Positions 1-8,579 are shown, numbered from the stretch's first letter. The stretch: DNA of 40,687 bases from a virus (IMGVR_UViG_2563366891_000016), one strand, 5' to 3'. Notes: a model not told the origin generated them from the sequence alone. Numbers and translations are program-made.

Positions 1-957
1 ATGTCAGGTATAATTTCAAGTGCAACAGAATTCTTCAATAATACACTCCATTCAAATCAATACGAAATTAAAGATGCGAGCAAAGAAAAAATAAAGGATA
101 TATATAATAAATCGGTTGATTATGCAACTGCGAATAATCGCGATGTGATTATTGCAAAAATAGATTTATTTATTCAAAAAATCACCCTTAATTTATGGAC
201 AGCAAGTATCAAAAATGTGTCGTTAATCAGCAGAATAAATGAACTCAAACTGTGGGTCGATAAGTGTATTGATGACTGCTCTCAAGAGCAATTAGGCGAT
301 CGTGATTATATCGCTTTATATGTAGACAGGGCGATTTTTCATTATGCGATTAGTTTTGTCTGTAATAAAGTAGAACATCAGACAGTAAGTCTCATAGACA
401 GATGTACTTTTGATGTAGCAAGCCCGAATGGACTCCCATCAACTATTCAACTATTTTATGAAAAATCTATTGATGATGAATCTATAGCTTCGTTACATCT
501 ACAAACTTTAGGTGATGGTTTTATAAATTTAGAAAATGCATATCATCAATATGACGATATTCGCTTAAAACCCTTGGCTTCCCTTTTAATTTCATGTTCA
601 TATGGTAGTGCATTAGCAGATCTGGTAGCTGCAGTGGATATTGATGAGTATTGCGAAAAATACATAACAGATCAGGTGAAAACGTTATCTCAACAAGAGA
701 TGAAAAAAAATCTGAAGGAGATGAAAAATCTGGCAGTCGCAGGGAAACTGGATTTCAATGACATTGTAACTGATATGAAACGTCAGGAAGACGAAGGAAA
801 ACGAGTCCTAAAAGACGTTACAAAAATGCATGGTGCGGCGCAGAAATTAAATGACTTCGTACAATCGTGTGACCCAGATTCAACGGAATTGATTCAAATT
901 CCAAACGATATCTCTAATTCAATTTATGATCTATTTGGTATTGAACTAGTAAAATAA
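1..957 (+). CDS. AT-rich hypothetical protein on the host side of attL (318 aa); may correspond to the yjbL/yjbM region upstream of dusA
   Basis: Uninterrupted ORF from window position 1, strongly AT-rich, followed by an intrinsic terminator. The yjbL/yjbM correspondence rests only on position and recalled lengths (84+235 aa). Confidence 0.4.
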   Translation: MSGIISSATEFFNNTLHSNQYEIKDASKEKIKDIYNKSVDYATANNRDVIIAKIDLFIQKITLNLWTASIKNVSLISRINELKLWVDKCIDDCSQEQLGDRDYIALYVDRAIFHYAISFVCNKVEHQTVSLIDRCTFDVASPNGLPSTIQLFYEKSIDDESIASLHLQTLGDGFINLENAYHQYDDIRLKPLASLLISCSYGSALADLVAAVDIDEYCEKYITDQVKTLSQQEMKKNLKEMKNLAVAGKLDFNDIVTDMKRQEDEGKRVLKDVTKMHGAAQKLNDFVQSCDPDSTELIQIPNDISNSIYDLFGIELVK

Positions 958-997
958 TATGTGAAGTTCTTCGATGGTATGGAAGGTATTACATAAA

Positions 998-1027
998 AGA
1001 ACCCAATGCTTATTGGGTTCTTTTTTT
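998..1027 (+). terminator. Rho-independent terminator
   Basis: Perfect 10-bp stem agaacccaat/attgggttct with 4-nt loop followed by a run of 7 T. Confidence 0.7.
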
Positions 1028-1319
1028 CTCTATCAGTGCTATTAGCAGGGAGAGATATCACCGTAGTTTAATGTGTGATTTTTATTTATCGTCGAACCTG
1101 GATTGTTTATCATTGGCCTTAACAAAGCTAACGGCTAATAAGATTATTTCCATCACTTCGTGAGAGCTTCATGCCTTGAGAGGATCTCAATTTTCTTTTG
1201 CAATGAGACAGGCGCTTCCTGTTGTTATGGTATAGTACCCCGCTATTGAGCCTCCTGAACAGTGATGCTGAATAACATAACCCCATGATATATCGATAAA
1301 ATAATCTCTACATTTGAAA

Positions 1320-1445
1320 ATGCACGGTAATTCTGAAATGCAAAAAATCAACCAAACCAGCGCAATGCCTGAAAAAACTGACGTTCACTGGAGTGGTCGG
1401 TTTAGCGTTGCACCAATGCTCGATAGGATGTACCGTTTTTGAAAA
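1320..1445 (+). pseudogene. dusA: Displaced native 5' end of dusA (attL side), truncated to a 41-codon stub
   Basis: ATG at 1320 encodes MHGNSEMQKINQTSAMPEKTDVHWSGRFSVAPMLD then reads into phage DNA and stops; about 85% identical to the 5' end of the intact dusA at 39274. Homology ends abruptly after the shared atgctcga (1416-1423 / 39370-39377). Confidence 0.7.
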
Positions 1446-1567
1446 ACAAGTAGTTATACACTCTGTGGGAGCCTATTGGGAACCCGGCGTTTTCATTTCA
1501 AGGTGTAATCCATACGCGGCTTAAGAATGAGATATAATGCGATTTTTAGTGTTCCGCTTGAGAGGCC

Positions 1568-2104
1568 ATGATGCTTACCCTGGACGAGATAGGTCAATCA
1601 GTACGTAACAATATCCAGTTGATTATTGATCATGTCGGCTTACCTCTTGCTGTTGGTCCGCTCAGTGATGATGATTACAAGATTCTGTGTGGTGGCTATG
1701 GTGAGCTTGAATGGGACTATGCGTTAAGTACCTATGGCAACTCCAGAGAAAAGTATGAGTTCTGCATAAAACTTGTTCAGCAAGGTCGGGTTCAGGGAAT
1801 ACCATCAGGAGCAGCAATTTGTGTTTATGGGGTTGAAGAAAACATCTTTCGTATCCATATGATCGAAAGGTTTTCTAGAGAAGATGAATCTCACCCATTG
1901 AAAGGGCGCATGGTTTTACTCACTCTTATGAGTGCTTTTATATTTTGTAAAGCTGTTGAATGTAAAGTTGTCCACATTGTAGAGCCAGTACCAGAACTGG
2001 TGCAGTATTACGAGTCTTTTGGTTTCCGCATGGAACAGTGCGGTTATGTGATGTCGGCAGTCATTGATGAGCTGCAGGATATCTTTCTTAAATTTGCTCA
2101 GTAG
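1568..2104 (+). CDS. Hypothetical protein, possible GNAT-fold acyltransferase-like (178 aa)
   Basis: ORF with RBS gagagg and an upstream tataat-like -10. The C-terminal stretch AFIFCKAVECKVVHIVEPVPELVQYYESFGF resembles the GNAT motif B region, but no clear acetyl-CoA P-loop was seen. Confidence 0.45.
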   Translation: MMLTLDEIGQSVRNNIQLIIDHVGLPLAVGPLSDDDYKILCGGYGELEWDYALSTYGNSREKYEFCIKLVQQGRVQGIPSGAAICVYGVEENIFRIHMIERFSREDESHPLKGRMVLLTLMSAFIFCKAVECKVVHIVEPVPELVQYYESFGFRMEQCGYVMSAVIDELQDIFLKFAQ

Positions 2105-2300
2105 GTATAGACGAGAAGGGTCTACAAATTGTAGGATACCCGTCCAGATTACCTTAAAGGTACATCTATGGCAGTCGTTTTGTGCTTAAACTACTAAGAA
2201 ACGATGTCACCAATCGACATGATCGATTGGCATAAGTTAGCGAAACAAGCTAGCTTTAAAGAGAGGGTTAGAGACGCCTTTACTGTCTCGGGAGTTTTCT

Positions 2301-2474
2301 ATGAAAGATCAAAAAGCAACCAAGCCACAGGTTAAGTTCGACACAATGAAAGCATTCGCAGGTATGGGTGCTGCTGTTGAAGTTCTGATGAAGGCTGCTC
2401 CTAATGCGTTCACTCACGCTACTGTCTCTGGTAAAGAGCAGCAGGGTAAGCTTCGTCGTCGCAAAGCAGCATGA
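2301..2474 (+). CDS. Small basic-tailed protein (57 aa), below the ORF-track cutoff
   Basis: ATG at 2301 preceded by gggag RBS; translation MKDQKATKPQVKFDTMKAFAGMGAAVEVLMKAAPNAFTHATVSGKEQQGKLRRRKAA; immediately followed by a strong terminator. Confidence 0.4.
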   Translation: MKDQKATKPQVKFDTMKAFAGMGAAVEVLMKAAPNAFTHATVSGKEQQGKLRRRKAA

Positions 2475-2493
2475 TCATAGCTGGTGCTTTTTG

Positions 2494-2520
2494 AAAACCC
2501 GCCTTTAGGCGGGTTTTTTC
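2494..2520. terminator. Bidirectional intrinsic terminator between convergent genes
   Basis: Stem aaaacccgcc/ggcgggtttt with 4-nt loop, flanked by A-run upstream and T-run downstream. Confidence 0.7.
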
Positions 2521-2521
2521 T

Positions 2522-2830
2522 TTAGTGATGTTCTTTGCCCTTCTGTTTGCCTGTTCTGACCTGTTCCCACTCGATACGTCCTTCTTCTCGTCTTTTGTCT
2601 ATGTATTCCGCAAGATCCTGAATATTGATGCAACGTTTTGCTTTTTGTGATGTGCCGATGCGATATGTTGGAACGGGCAACTTACAAGCGTTTGCTTTTG
2701 CTTCTGCCGTGGCTGGACTCATGCCAAAGTACTTTTGGCTAACTGCTGAGAGTTCAATGTTAGGGGTATTGAATTCAGCCATCAGTAAAAACAAGGTGTT
2801 CATAATTTTCTCCATCAAAACCGGCTGCAC
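2522..2830 (-). CDS. Excisionase-like DNA-binding protein (PrtN/AlpA-like)
   Basis: 102-aa protein with KYFGMSPATAEAKANACKLPVPTYRIG and DLAEYIDKRREE, recalled as typical of PrtN-type small HTH proteins; last gene of the leftward early operon, next to attL. Confidence 0.45.
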   Translation of the reverse strand: MQPVLMEKIMNTLFLLMAEFNTPNIELSAVSQKYFGMSPATAEAKANACKLPVPTYRIGTSQKAKRCINIQDLAEYIDKRREEGRIEWEQVRTGKQKGKEHH

Positions 2831-2839
2831 CCGGGAAAA

Positions 2840-3415
2840 TCATAATTCTGTGCTGGTGGCAGGAATTAATTTCTGCCAGATAGCGGAAACATATTTTGCC
2901 TGATGACGGGCATCGGCCAGGGCGTTGTGCCGTTCGCCATCGAAAGGCATGTCCATTTTGGGGTCGAATCCGATGTAACGCCCAAGCGTAACGATCGTGC
3001 GTACATCGTGGTCATTCCAGTATGCCCACGGGCAGATTTGTCCTGCTCGCTCATAAGCTCCACGTAAAATTACGTTGTCGAAGGTGGCCCCGTTACCCCA
3101 GACTTTTAAATATTTCGTATTGGCTGCGTGCCGGTTAATGAAATGATTTAGTTCTGAGAGAGCATCGCTGATCGACAAAGTATCATCAATACAGATTGCA
3201 GCTCGTGCTTCAGTGCTTTGTTTCAACCACCACAGGATGGTATCGCCGTCAGGTGTAGCTCCTTGCCCCATAGCACTTTCCAGGCTAACAACCGTATAGA
3301 ATTCTTGTCCGATGTCTCCGGTTTCTGGAGTGAAGAACACCGCGCCAATGGAAACGATCGGTGCATCCTTATTTTTCCCCATCGTCTCAAGGTCGATCAT
3401 TAAGTTGTTCATCAC
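2840..3415 (-). CDS. DEDDh-family 3'-5' exonuclease (DnaQ-like)
   Basis: N-terminal MIDLETMG...SIGAV acidic motif and a C-terminal H-x4-D motif (ERHNALADA). Confidence 0.6.
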   Translation of the reverse strand: MMNNLMIDLETMGKNKDAPIVSIGAVFFTPETGDIGQEFYTVVSLESAMGQGATPDGDTILWWLKQSTEARAAICIDDTLSISDALSELNHFINRHAANTKYLKVWGNGATFDNVILRGAYERAGQICPWAYWNDHDVRTIVTLGRYIGFDPKMDMPFDGERHNALADARHQAKYVSAIWQKLIPATSTEL

Positions 3416-4035
3416 TTCACCTCCTGCGGCGGTTCCGGTAGCGGCATCCAGTGAGTTGCTTGCTCAATACCATTACCCGGCTTAATCGTTGCATCTCCGC
3501 GCCGAAAGGTGCTTCCGGTATAGCGTGCGGAGCATATTAGCGGTTCAACCAGAGGGCTATCGAAATTCACCGAAATAAGCACGTTCTGGCCCTTTTCAGG
3601 CATTCGATCACTACAGCTTATCCAACCATCCGGAGTTACCGGAGAGTTGCCCGACAGCTCGTTCAACTTGTAAGTCTGGCTTACAGGTTCGGCACCATTA
3701 AGCATGGCGGCGCGGCAGGCGTTCCAGCCTTCATCAAAGCCGACTATGCCATTATTTAAAGACGGACGAGCATCTGGCACCACCGGCACTGGCTTGGCTA
3801 TATATAGCGGCTGAACATACCAGCCCTTTGATAACCAACTGTCAGCAATGTTTTTACTCCTCGTTATTGCCGGAATACCTAAGCCATTTTCTGAATGCAG
3901 CCATGCCACCGGCTCCTCTTCTAGCGATGCCAGAGCAATTTCATAAGCACGGCGCTCAATATCGTCTCGAACCTCTAGGCTGCTGATTCGTTCTTTGATT
4001 TCTTTAATCAGTTCTTTATTGGTAAATGTGGTCAT
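3412..4035 (-). CDS. Phage protein with DUF551-like C-terminal domain (207 aa)
   Basis: C-terminal WISCSDRMPE...HWMPLPEPP; 4-nt start/stop overlap with the downstream gene. Confidence 0.5.
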   Translation of the reverse strand: MTTFTNKELIKEIKERISSLEVRDDIERRAYEIALASLEEEPVAWLHSENGLGIPAITRSKNIADSWLSKGWYVQPLYIAKPVPVVPDARPSLNNGIVGFDEGWNACRAAMLNGAEPVSQTYKLNELSGNSPVTPDGWISCSDRMPEKGQNVLISVNFDSPLVEPLICSARYTGSTFRRGDATIKPGNGIEQATHWMPLPEPPQEVK

Positions 4036-4397
4036 TATGCTCCAGCCTCCGGCGCTTTTGGCATTACTGCCCAGTGAGTGATATTGAAGTTTTCAAGGTC
4101 CCCGACCTGAAATGTCCACTGCCATTCTCCGGTTTCTTTTTGTCCCCAGGTGTACCAGAGAGAACGCCAGCCAATCAGCCAGCCTTCTCCGTTAGCATCA
4201 AATAACAGAACACTTTCATTTGCTGGTGGCAGTTCAGCTGACACTGGTATTATTTTGTTTTCCAGTGCCGCACATTTAGCTTCAAGCGCGTCGAATTTAC
4301 GTACCAGGTACTCAGCATTTGTTTCATTCACTTTCAGATCTCGCGGTACACATTTCCCGCGAAGAAACCCTTCCATTTCGAAAACATTCATGCGCAT
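4035..4397 (-). CDS. yfdS: YfdS-like phage protein with DUF551-like motif (120 aa)
   Basis: 120 aa, matching the recalled length of CPS-53 YfdS; C-terminal HWAVMPKAPE; overlaps flanking genes. Confidence 0.45.
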   Translation of the reverse strand: MRMNVFEMEGFLRGKCVPRDLKVNETNAEYLVRKFDALEAKCAALENKIIPVSAELPPANESVLLFDANGEGWLIGWRSLWYTWGQKETGEWQWTFQVGDLENFNITHWAVMPKAPEAGA

Positions 4398-4924
4398 TTG
4401 CGTAACTCCGATAACTCGTTAAAACGTTCCATAAACATCCCGTAGGCATGACCCGGTGCCAGTGGAATCACGTTGAACATCTCTGTTGCCGGGATGCCTT
4501 CCAGTACAGGCCAGAAAGAGCCATCATCAAGCCCGAGATCGCGGCGTTCGGTTGCCAGCATGATAAGATCGGCATATTTCACGGGCGTACTCATAACTGG
4601 GGGTAACCCGTATTTCTCACGGATTACGGCGTCAATTTTTTCTTCCATCCGTTTATAGTCAGGAAGAAGGCGTTTCAGTGGAGCGGGAATATCCTGGCAA
4701 TACGCTTCTGTTGCATCATGCATTAACGCTTCAAAAGCAAATTCCTGCGGCACCAGCTGGCTGCAAAGCACCGCATGTTGGGCGACACTGTAGAAGTGAG
4801 AAAGATGACCGGCAAAGCGGCAGATATTTGAAAGGGAAACCGCGATATCGTTAATCACGATGTCGTCTTTATTTATCTTGTCATAATAAAAATGCTTCCC
4901 GGAAAAAGTTTTAATAAATGACAT
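4388..4924 (-). CDS. yfdR: HD-domain phosphohydrolase (YfdR-like, 178 aa from MSFIK start)
   Basis: H...HD metal-binding motif (HAVLCSQLV...EALMHDATE); ATG at 4922-4924 with ggag RBS 7 nt upstream gives 178 aa, the recalled length of CPS-53 YfdR. Confidence 0.55.
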   Translation of the reverse strand: MSFIKTFSGKHFYYDKINKDDIVINDIAVSLSNICRFAGHLSHFYSVAQHAVLCSQLVPQEFAFEALMHDATEAYCQDIPAPLKRLLPDYKRMEEKIDAVIREKYGLPPVMSTPVKYADLIMLATERRDLGLDDGSFWPVLEGIPATEMFNVIPLAPGHAYGMFMERFNELSELRKCA

Positions 4925-5051
4925 TTTGTTCTCCACGTATATGCGCTGCACCGCGCTGAGTTTGGGTAAAAGGAAGCCCTCACCATCCGGTGATTATTGA
5001 GTTAATTACGTTTCCATAAATGCCCCCGCAGGGGCATTTGCAGTAATGAAA

Positions 5052-5876
5052 TCAGGCGGTGAAAGTACCAATAAAGGTTTCTACTTTGCTGTCTTTGAAT
5101 TTCTCAACAAGCAGATCACGAAATTCGTTAGCCATATCTTCCTGCACCGCTTCCAGCTGAATAATGCGCAGAACCAGTACAGGACGATCGCCAGTGATAA
5201 TGCTGAGGCGTAATTTAAACGGACGTTCTTTCAGACCTTCAAACGGAACGCATTTAAATTCAAATGCCACTGGCATAATGTCTTTGGTCTTCGCTTCGAC
5301 AGATTCCATCAGGGAGCGTTTGCCGCTGAAGTCATTATCTTCAAAATCAGCGGTCTGGTTTGCTTCAATCGTGATTTTACGGACTGCCGCAGCCGCTTTT
5401 GTTGCCTGAATAGCGTCACCATTAGCATCAAAGCCCACAAGGTAGTCGGCCCAGTCTTCAATCCATTCTGCCAGTGACTTCTGGGAGTTACGCTCGCCGT
5501 TAACAGACAACAGGGCAGAGAACGGTGCTGTCTTTTTCAGTTTGAGAGTGGCGGTGTTATCTGCGTGACCTGGTTCATCAATAGTACCCAGGTTAAGTAC
5601 ACTGACGGCACGCATATTATCAGCATCGATAAAGCAGCGGGTGCCTTCATCTGCAAGATCTTTAGAATAACGGGTAAAGTCATCGATGCTGGCAGTGGAA
5701 AGCGCACCACGGAAACGGAAGCGATTTAAATTAAATTTTTCCAGATCATGAATGCGGAAATTCTCAGGCAATGCCACAGCATCGGCACCAATCTTACTGA
5801 TAATTTCATTAACACCCTGAGCAGAAATAAGGGCATGGATTTGATTAATTGCGGTTGCGTCTAAGTTCTGAGACAT
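5052..5876 (-). CDS. yfdQ: YfdQ-like protein (DUF2303), 274 aa
   Basis: 274 aa, the recalled length of K-12 CPS-53 YfdQ, in the same position within the yfdP-Q-R-S order. Confidence 0.5.
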   Translation of the reverse strand: MSQNLDATAINQIHALISAQGVNEIISKIGADAVALPENFRIHDLEKFNLNRFRFRGALSTASIDDFTRYSKDLADEGTRCFIDADNMRAVSVLNLGTIDEPGHADNTATLKLKKTAPFSALLSVNGERNSQKSLAEWIEDWADYLVGFDANGDAIQATKAAAAVRKITIEANQTADFEDNDFSGKRSLMESVEAKTKDIMPVAFEFKCVPFEGLKERPFKLRLSIITGDRPVLVLRIIQLEAVQEDMANEFRDLLVEKFKDSKVETFIGTFTA

Positions 5877-5941
5877 AATAAGTCCTCACTATATAAAGAT
5901 ATTCAGTGATGAGATAAATAATCAGTTAATTAAGAACGATA

Positions 5942-6304
5942 TTAATGACCTGCTGCGCGTAGTTTTCCGTCAGGTTCACCGGCAAGAGTCAGTAATTGTC
6001 CCTGGTCTTCCTGCAGAATAGTCAGGCGACCACCGCGATTGACATACATCGGCGTTTCGGTGGTGTCTTCTTCGGAAATTTTCCCGCGGTTAGTCGGGCG
6101 AACATATGAGAGTTTGTGTTTGATTTTCACACGGTTCTCATCAAATGGTTCGATTTCCAGGTTGAGTGAGACCTTACCTTTGGTTTTCGTGTTCATCACA
6201 CCGGAAGCGACTTCACTGAGAACAGCGCCGATTTTGGTTTCAAATACGCCGCCGTCCAGCTCCCCGATAAATGCCTGCACATCAGTACTGCGTTCGCTAG
6301 CCAT
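5942..6304 (-). CDS. yfdP: YfdP-like protein (120 aa), start at MASERS
   Basis: ATG at 6302-6304 preceded by GAGGAG 7 nt upstream; 120 aa as recalled for YfdP. The longer track ORF to 6532 starts at GTG inside a structured non-coding region. Confidence 0.5.
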   Translation of the reverse strand: MASERSTDVQAFIGELDGGVFETKIGAVLSEVASGVMNTKTKGKVSLNLEIEPFDENRVKIKHKLSYVRPTNRGKISEEDTTETPMYVNRGGRLTILQEDQGQLLTLAGEPDGKLRAAGH

Positions 6305-6440
6305 TTTGCTGCTCCTCATCATATCGACCCTGCAAGGTCGGTTAGTTTCTCCACAAAACAGAGAAGAACACCTGCGGTGGCAGCCGCCCGGATGGATTGG
6401 GTTATGAGCCCGTCGTCCGGTGATGCTCTTCTCTGTTTTG

Positions 6441-6486
6441 TAAAAAGAGCGGTACCAGCCGGAAGCAAGGGTACAAACTGGTACCG
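6441..6486 (-). terminator. Intrinsic terminator on the minus strand
   Basis: 9-bp stem cggtaccag/ctggtaccg (6450-6458 / 6478-6486) with 19-nt loop, followed on the minus strand by ctcttttta. Confidence 0.45.
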
Positions 6487-6547
6487 CCAGGACTACACAC
6501 AGCAATGAAACTATTGCCTGTCTTTTCACCACTTCAGGCTCGGTGGT

Positions 6548-6925
6548 ATGCTGGAGTTCTCACACAGCCAGCAAGGAAACCTAATGAACCAGTTTTATGT
6601 TCACGTTCGTCTGTTTGAAGCAACAGCCGAACAGACCAAAAAATTTGAAGAATTAATGCTTAACTTTCTGTACCAGAAAACAATCAAAGAGTCTGACGAT
6701 AGCTGCTGCAGACTGATTCCAGAGGGATATATCCTCAAAAGCACAATGAACTGCCAACAAATCCTTGATCAAACTTTTTCCATTGCTAACAGTGCTGGTG
6801 TTGACGCAAATATATTTGTCTGCAAATTTGAACAAAGCGTATGCTTACTTCCGTCTGCTTCCTTAGTTGGCAACGATTTTGTTCATCACGATCTTACGCC
6901 TAAGCCCATCAAGCTCGATTCTTAA
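6548..6925 (+). CDS. Opposite-strand hypothetical protein (moron-like); alternative start at 6584 (MNQFYV)
   Basis: AT-rich ORF on the + strand inside a minus-strand operon; 6584 has RBS aagga 7 nt upstream; preceded by long inverted repeats. Confidence 0.4.
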   Translation: MLEFSHSQQGNLMNQFYVHVRLFEATAEQTKKFEELMLNFLYQKTIKESDDSCCRLIPEGYILKSTMNCQQILDQTFSIANSAGVDANIFVCKFEQSVCLLPSASLVGNDFVHHDLTPKPIKLDS

Positions 6926-7171
6926 TGCCTTAACCATTGTGTCGTGATAAACACGGCTCACCCTCTCTCCATTGCATGGCAGTGGGGTGATCGTGTTAGC
7001 CATGAAATTCATGAACTTGGTTCGATCAGGGTCTTGCGCCTCGCAAGTCTTTAATGCCTGTTTTGCTAACAAAATACGGGCCTCAGTGCCTGCATTTGGC
7101 TCTATCTGCTGCAAACGTTTAGCGTCTTCCAGCAACAATGCGATCACATGCTTCAAATCCTGCTCATTCAT
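6863..7171 (-). CDS. First gene of the leftward early (PL) operon, hypothetical (102 aa)
   Basis: ATG at 7169-7171 with ggagag RBS; lies where lambda N sits, but the protein is not arginine-rich, so no N assignment. Confidence 0.5.
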   Translation of the reverse strand: MNEQDLKHVIALLLEDAKRLQQIEPNAGTEARILLAKQALKTCEAQDPDRTKFMNFMANTITPLPCNGERVSRVYHDTMVKALRIELDGLRRKIVMNKIVAN

Positions 7172-7275
7172 CTATTCTCTCCACTGAAATCATCCGCTAA
7201 CGAATCATCCTGGACTTCATATGCCCCAGGCGGCTACTTCGTGGGCGTCCTGCCTGTTCGTTACTGCAACATCTT

Positions 7276-7319
7276 TAAGTTGTAATCTAGTTGTTGTTTT
7301 GGTTGTTGTCAACAACTTT
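7276..7319. promoter_or_regulatory. Left operator/promoter region (OL/PL-like)
   Basis: Repeated AAGTTGTTG / CAACAACTT half-sites; the same motif recurs in the cI-cro intergenic region. Confidence 0.45.
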
Positions 7320-7506
7320 ATGTGGTTTTGACGGATGTGAAATGAGGGCAAGGGTTATCAAAAAAGGAGGTTGTATGGACGATGCGCTTTTAATTACACA
7401 AGGGACACTTTCCTTCCGTGATTGGAAACTCTCAAATCACGGGAGGAAGATTGAAAAGGCGGGTAATAATGGTAACTAAATTTCTGAAGGAAGGTTTTTT
7501 GATGCA

Positions 7507-8193
7507 TTACCAAGTGCGCGATGACCAGAATACTCTACCTATAACGTGAATTCTGGAACGCCTATCTTCGAAGGTGAGTATTTCATCTGGATACTCATCT
7601 TTATTGAAACTTCTTAGAATCAGACCACCGTCAGGTAAATTGATCAATATTTTAACTCTAAGTAATACGCCATCACGTATGGCATAAAGATCCCCATCAC
7701 GAATAGGAACCGTTTGGGAAACATCAACAGCAACAAAATCTCCATTGTTAAGTACAGGTAGTAAACTATTGCCCCAAATTTTTACGATCTTTGCATTGGA
7801 GACACATACACCAGCTTTTCTTAAATCAATCCTTCTTAGCGGGAACCAGTCTACAGTTGATTCAACTATTTCAGCCAAACATCCATTACCCGCTGATAAC
7901 TCGACATCTAGGACTGGAATGTTTGCAAAAATGTCAGGATCTAATGCTGTACTTTCAGCCTCCTTTACAACAAGGTCTGGGAAAGACGCGTTATCCTCAA
8001 TGCCCAATTGCAACCACTTTTGAGAAACCCCTAACACTTTAGCAATCTCTTTAATTTTCCGAGGCTGTTGAGTTTCTCCATTCTCGATTTTCGCTACGGA
8101 TTGTTGTGAAAGCCCAATTTTTTCAGCTAGTTGCGCCTGACTCATTCCTGCTTTTTCTCTTTCGCTTTTTAGTCTTTCTGCCAATGTTTTCAC
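7507..8193 (-). CDS. cI: CI-like prophage repressor (HTH plus LexA-like S24 peptidase domain)
   Basis: N-terminal HTH (MSQAQLAEKIGLSQQSVAKIENG) and C-terminal autocleavage-type domain; GTG start with gaggggga RBS; divergent from the cro-like gene. Confidence 0.8.
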   Translation of the reverse strand: MKTLAERLKSEREKAGMSQAQLAEKIGLSQQSVAKIENGETQQPRKIKEIAKVLGVSQKWLQLGIEDNASFPDLVVKEAESTALDPDIFANIPVLDVELSAGNGCLAEIVESTVDWFPLRRIDLRKAGVCVSNAKIVKIWGNSLLPVLNNGDFVAVDVSQTVPIRDGDLYAIRDGVLLRVKILINLPDGGLILRSFNKDEYPDEILTFEDRRSRIHVIGRVFWSSRTW

Positions 8194-8222
8194 AACATAT
8201 CCCCCTCGTTTTTATTGAGGTT

Positions 8223-8317
8223 ACAACTTTATGTTTTGGCTTTCCAACATCTAAAAGTTGTGATAAAAGTTGTTGTAGTTGTATAATCGAAGTTATCAAC
8301 AACTTTACTACTTACAG
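8223..8317. promoter_or_regulatory. Right operator/promoter region (OR with PR/PRM)
   Basis: Inverted copies of ACAACTTT/AAAGTTGT and AAGTTGTTG/CAACAACTT, a tataat -10 and a ttgtga -35 directed toward cro. Confidence 0.5.
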
Positions 8318-8330
8318 ATAGGAGAAAGCT

Positions 8331-8579
8331 ATGACACCTGAGCAATTAGCCTTATCAGAGGCAATCGCTCTGGCTGGTGGTCAATCAGAATTGGCTCGGA
8401 AGCTCACAGCCAGCAGTGGTCGTTTAGTAAAGCAACAACATGTCTGGAACTGGTTGAACAGAGAAAAGCGTCCCCCTGCAAAGCTTTCGATATTTATTGA
8501 AATGACCACTGGCGTATCAAAAGAAAAATTACGTCCAGATATTTTTCAAAAGATTAAAGACTTATCAGATGGAAAGTAA
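8331..8579 (+). CDS. cro: Cro-like HTH regulator
   Basis: 82-aa protein with HTH (QSELARKLTASSGRLVKQQ), divergent from cI, RBS aggaga. Confidence 0.6.
   Translation: MTPEQLALSEAIALAGGQSELARKLTASSGRLVKQQHVWNWLNREKRPPAKLSIFIEMTTGVSKEKLRPDIFQKIKDLSDGK

Noticed and set aside
5942-6532. Long 196-aa version of the yfdP-like ORF starting at GTG 6532
   Set aside because: The N-terminal extension runs through the hairpin-rich intergenic region and reads like non-coding sequence; the internal ATG at 6304 has a GAGGAG RBS and gives the 120-aa product.
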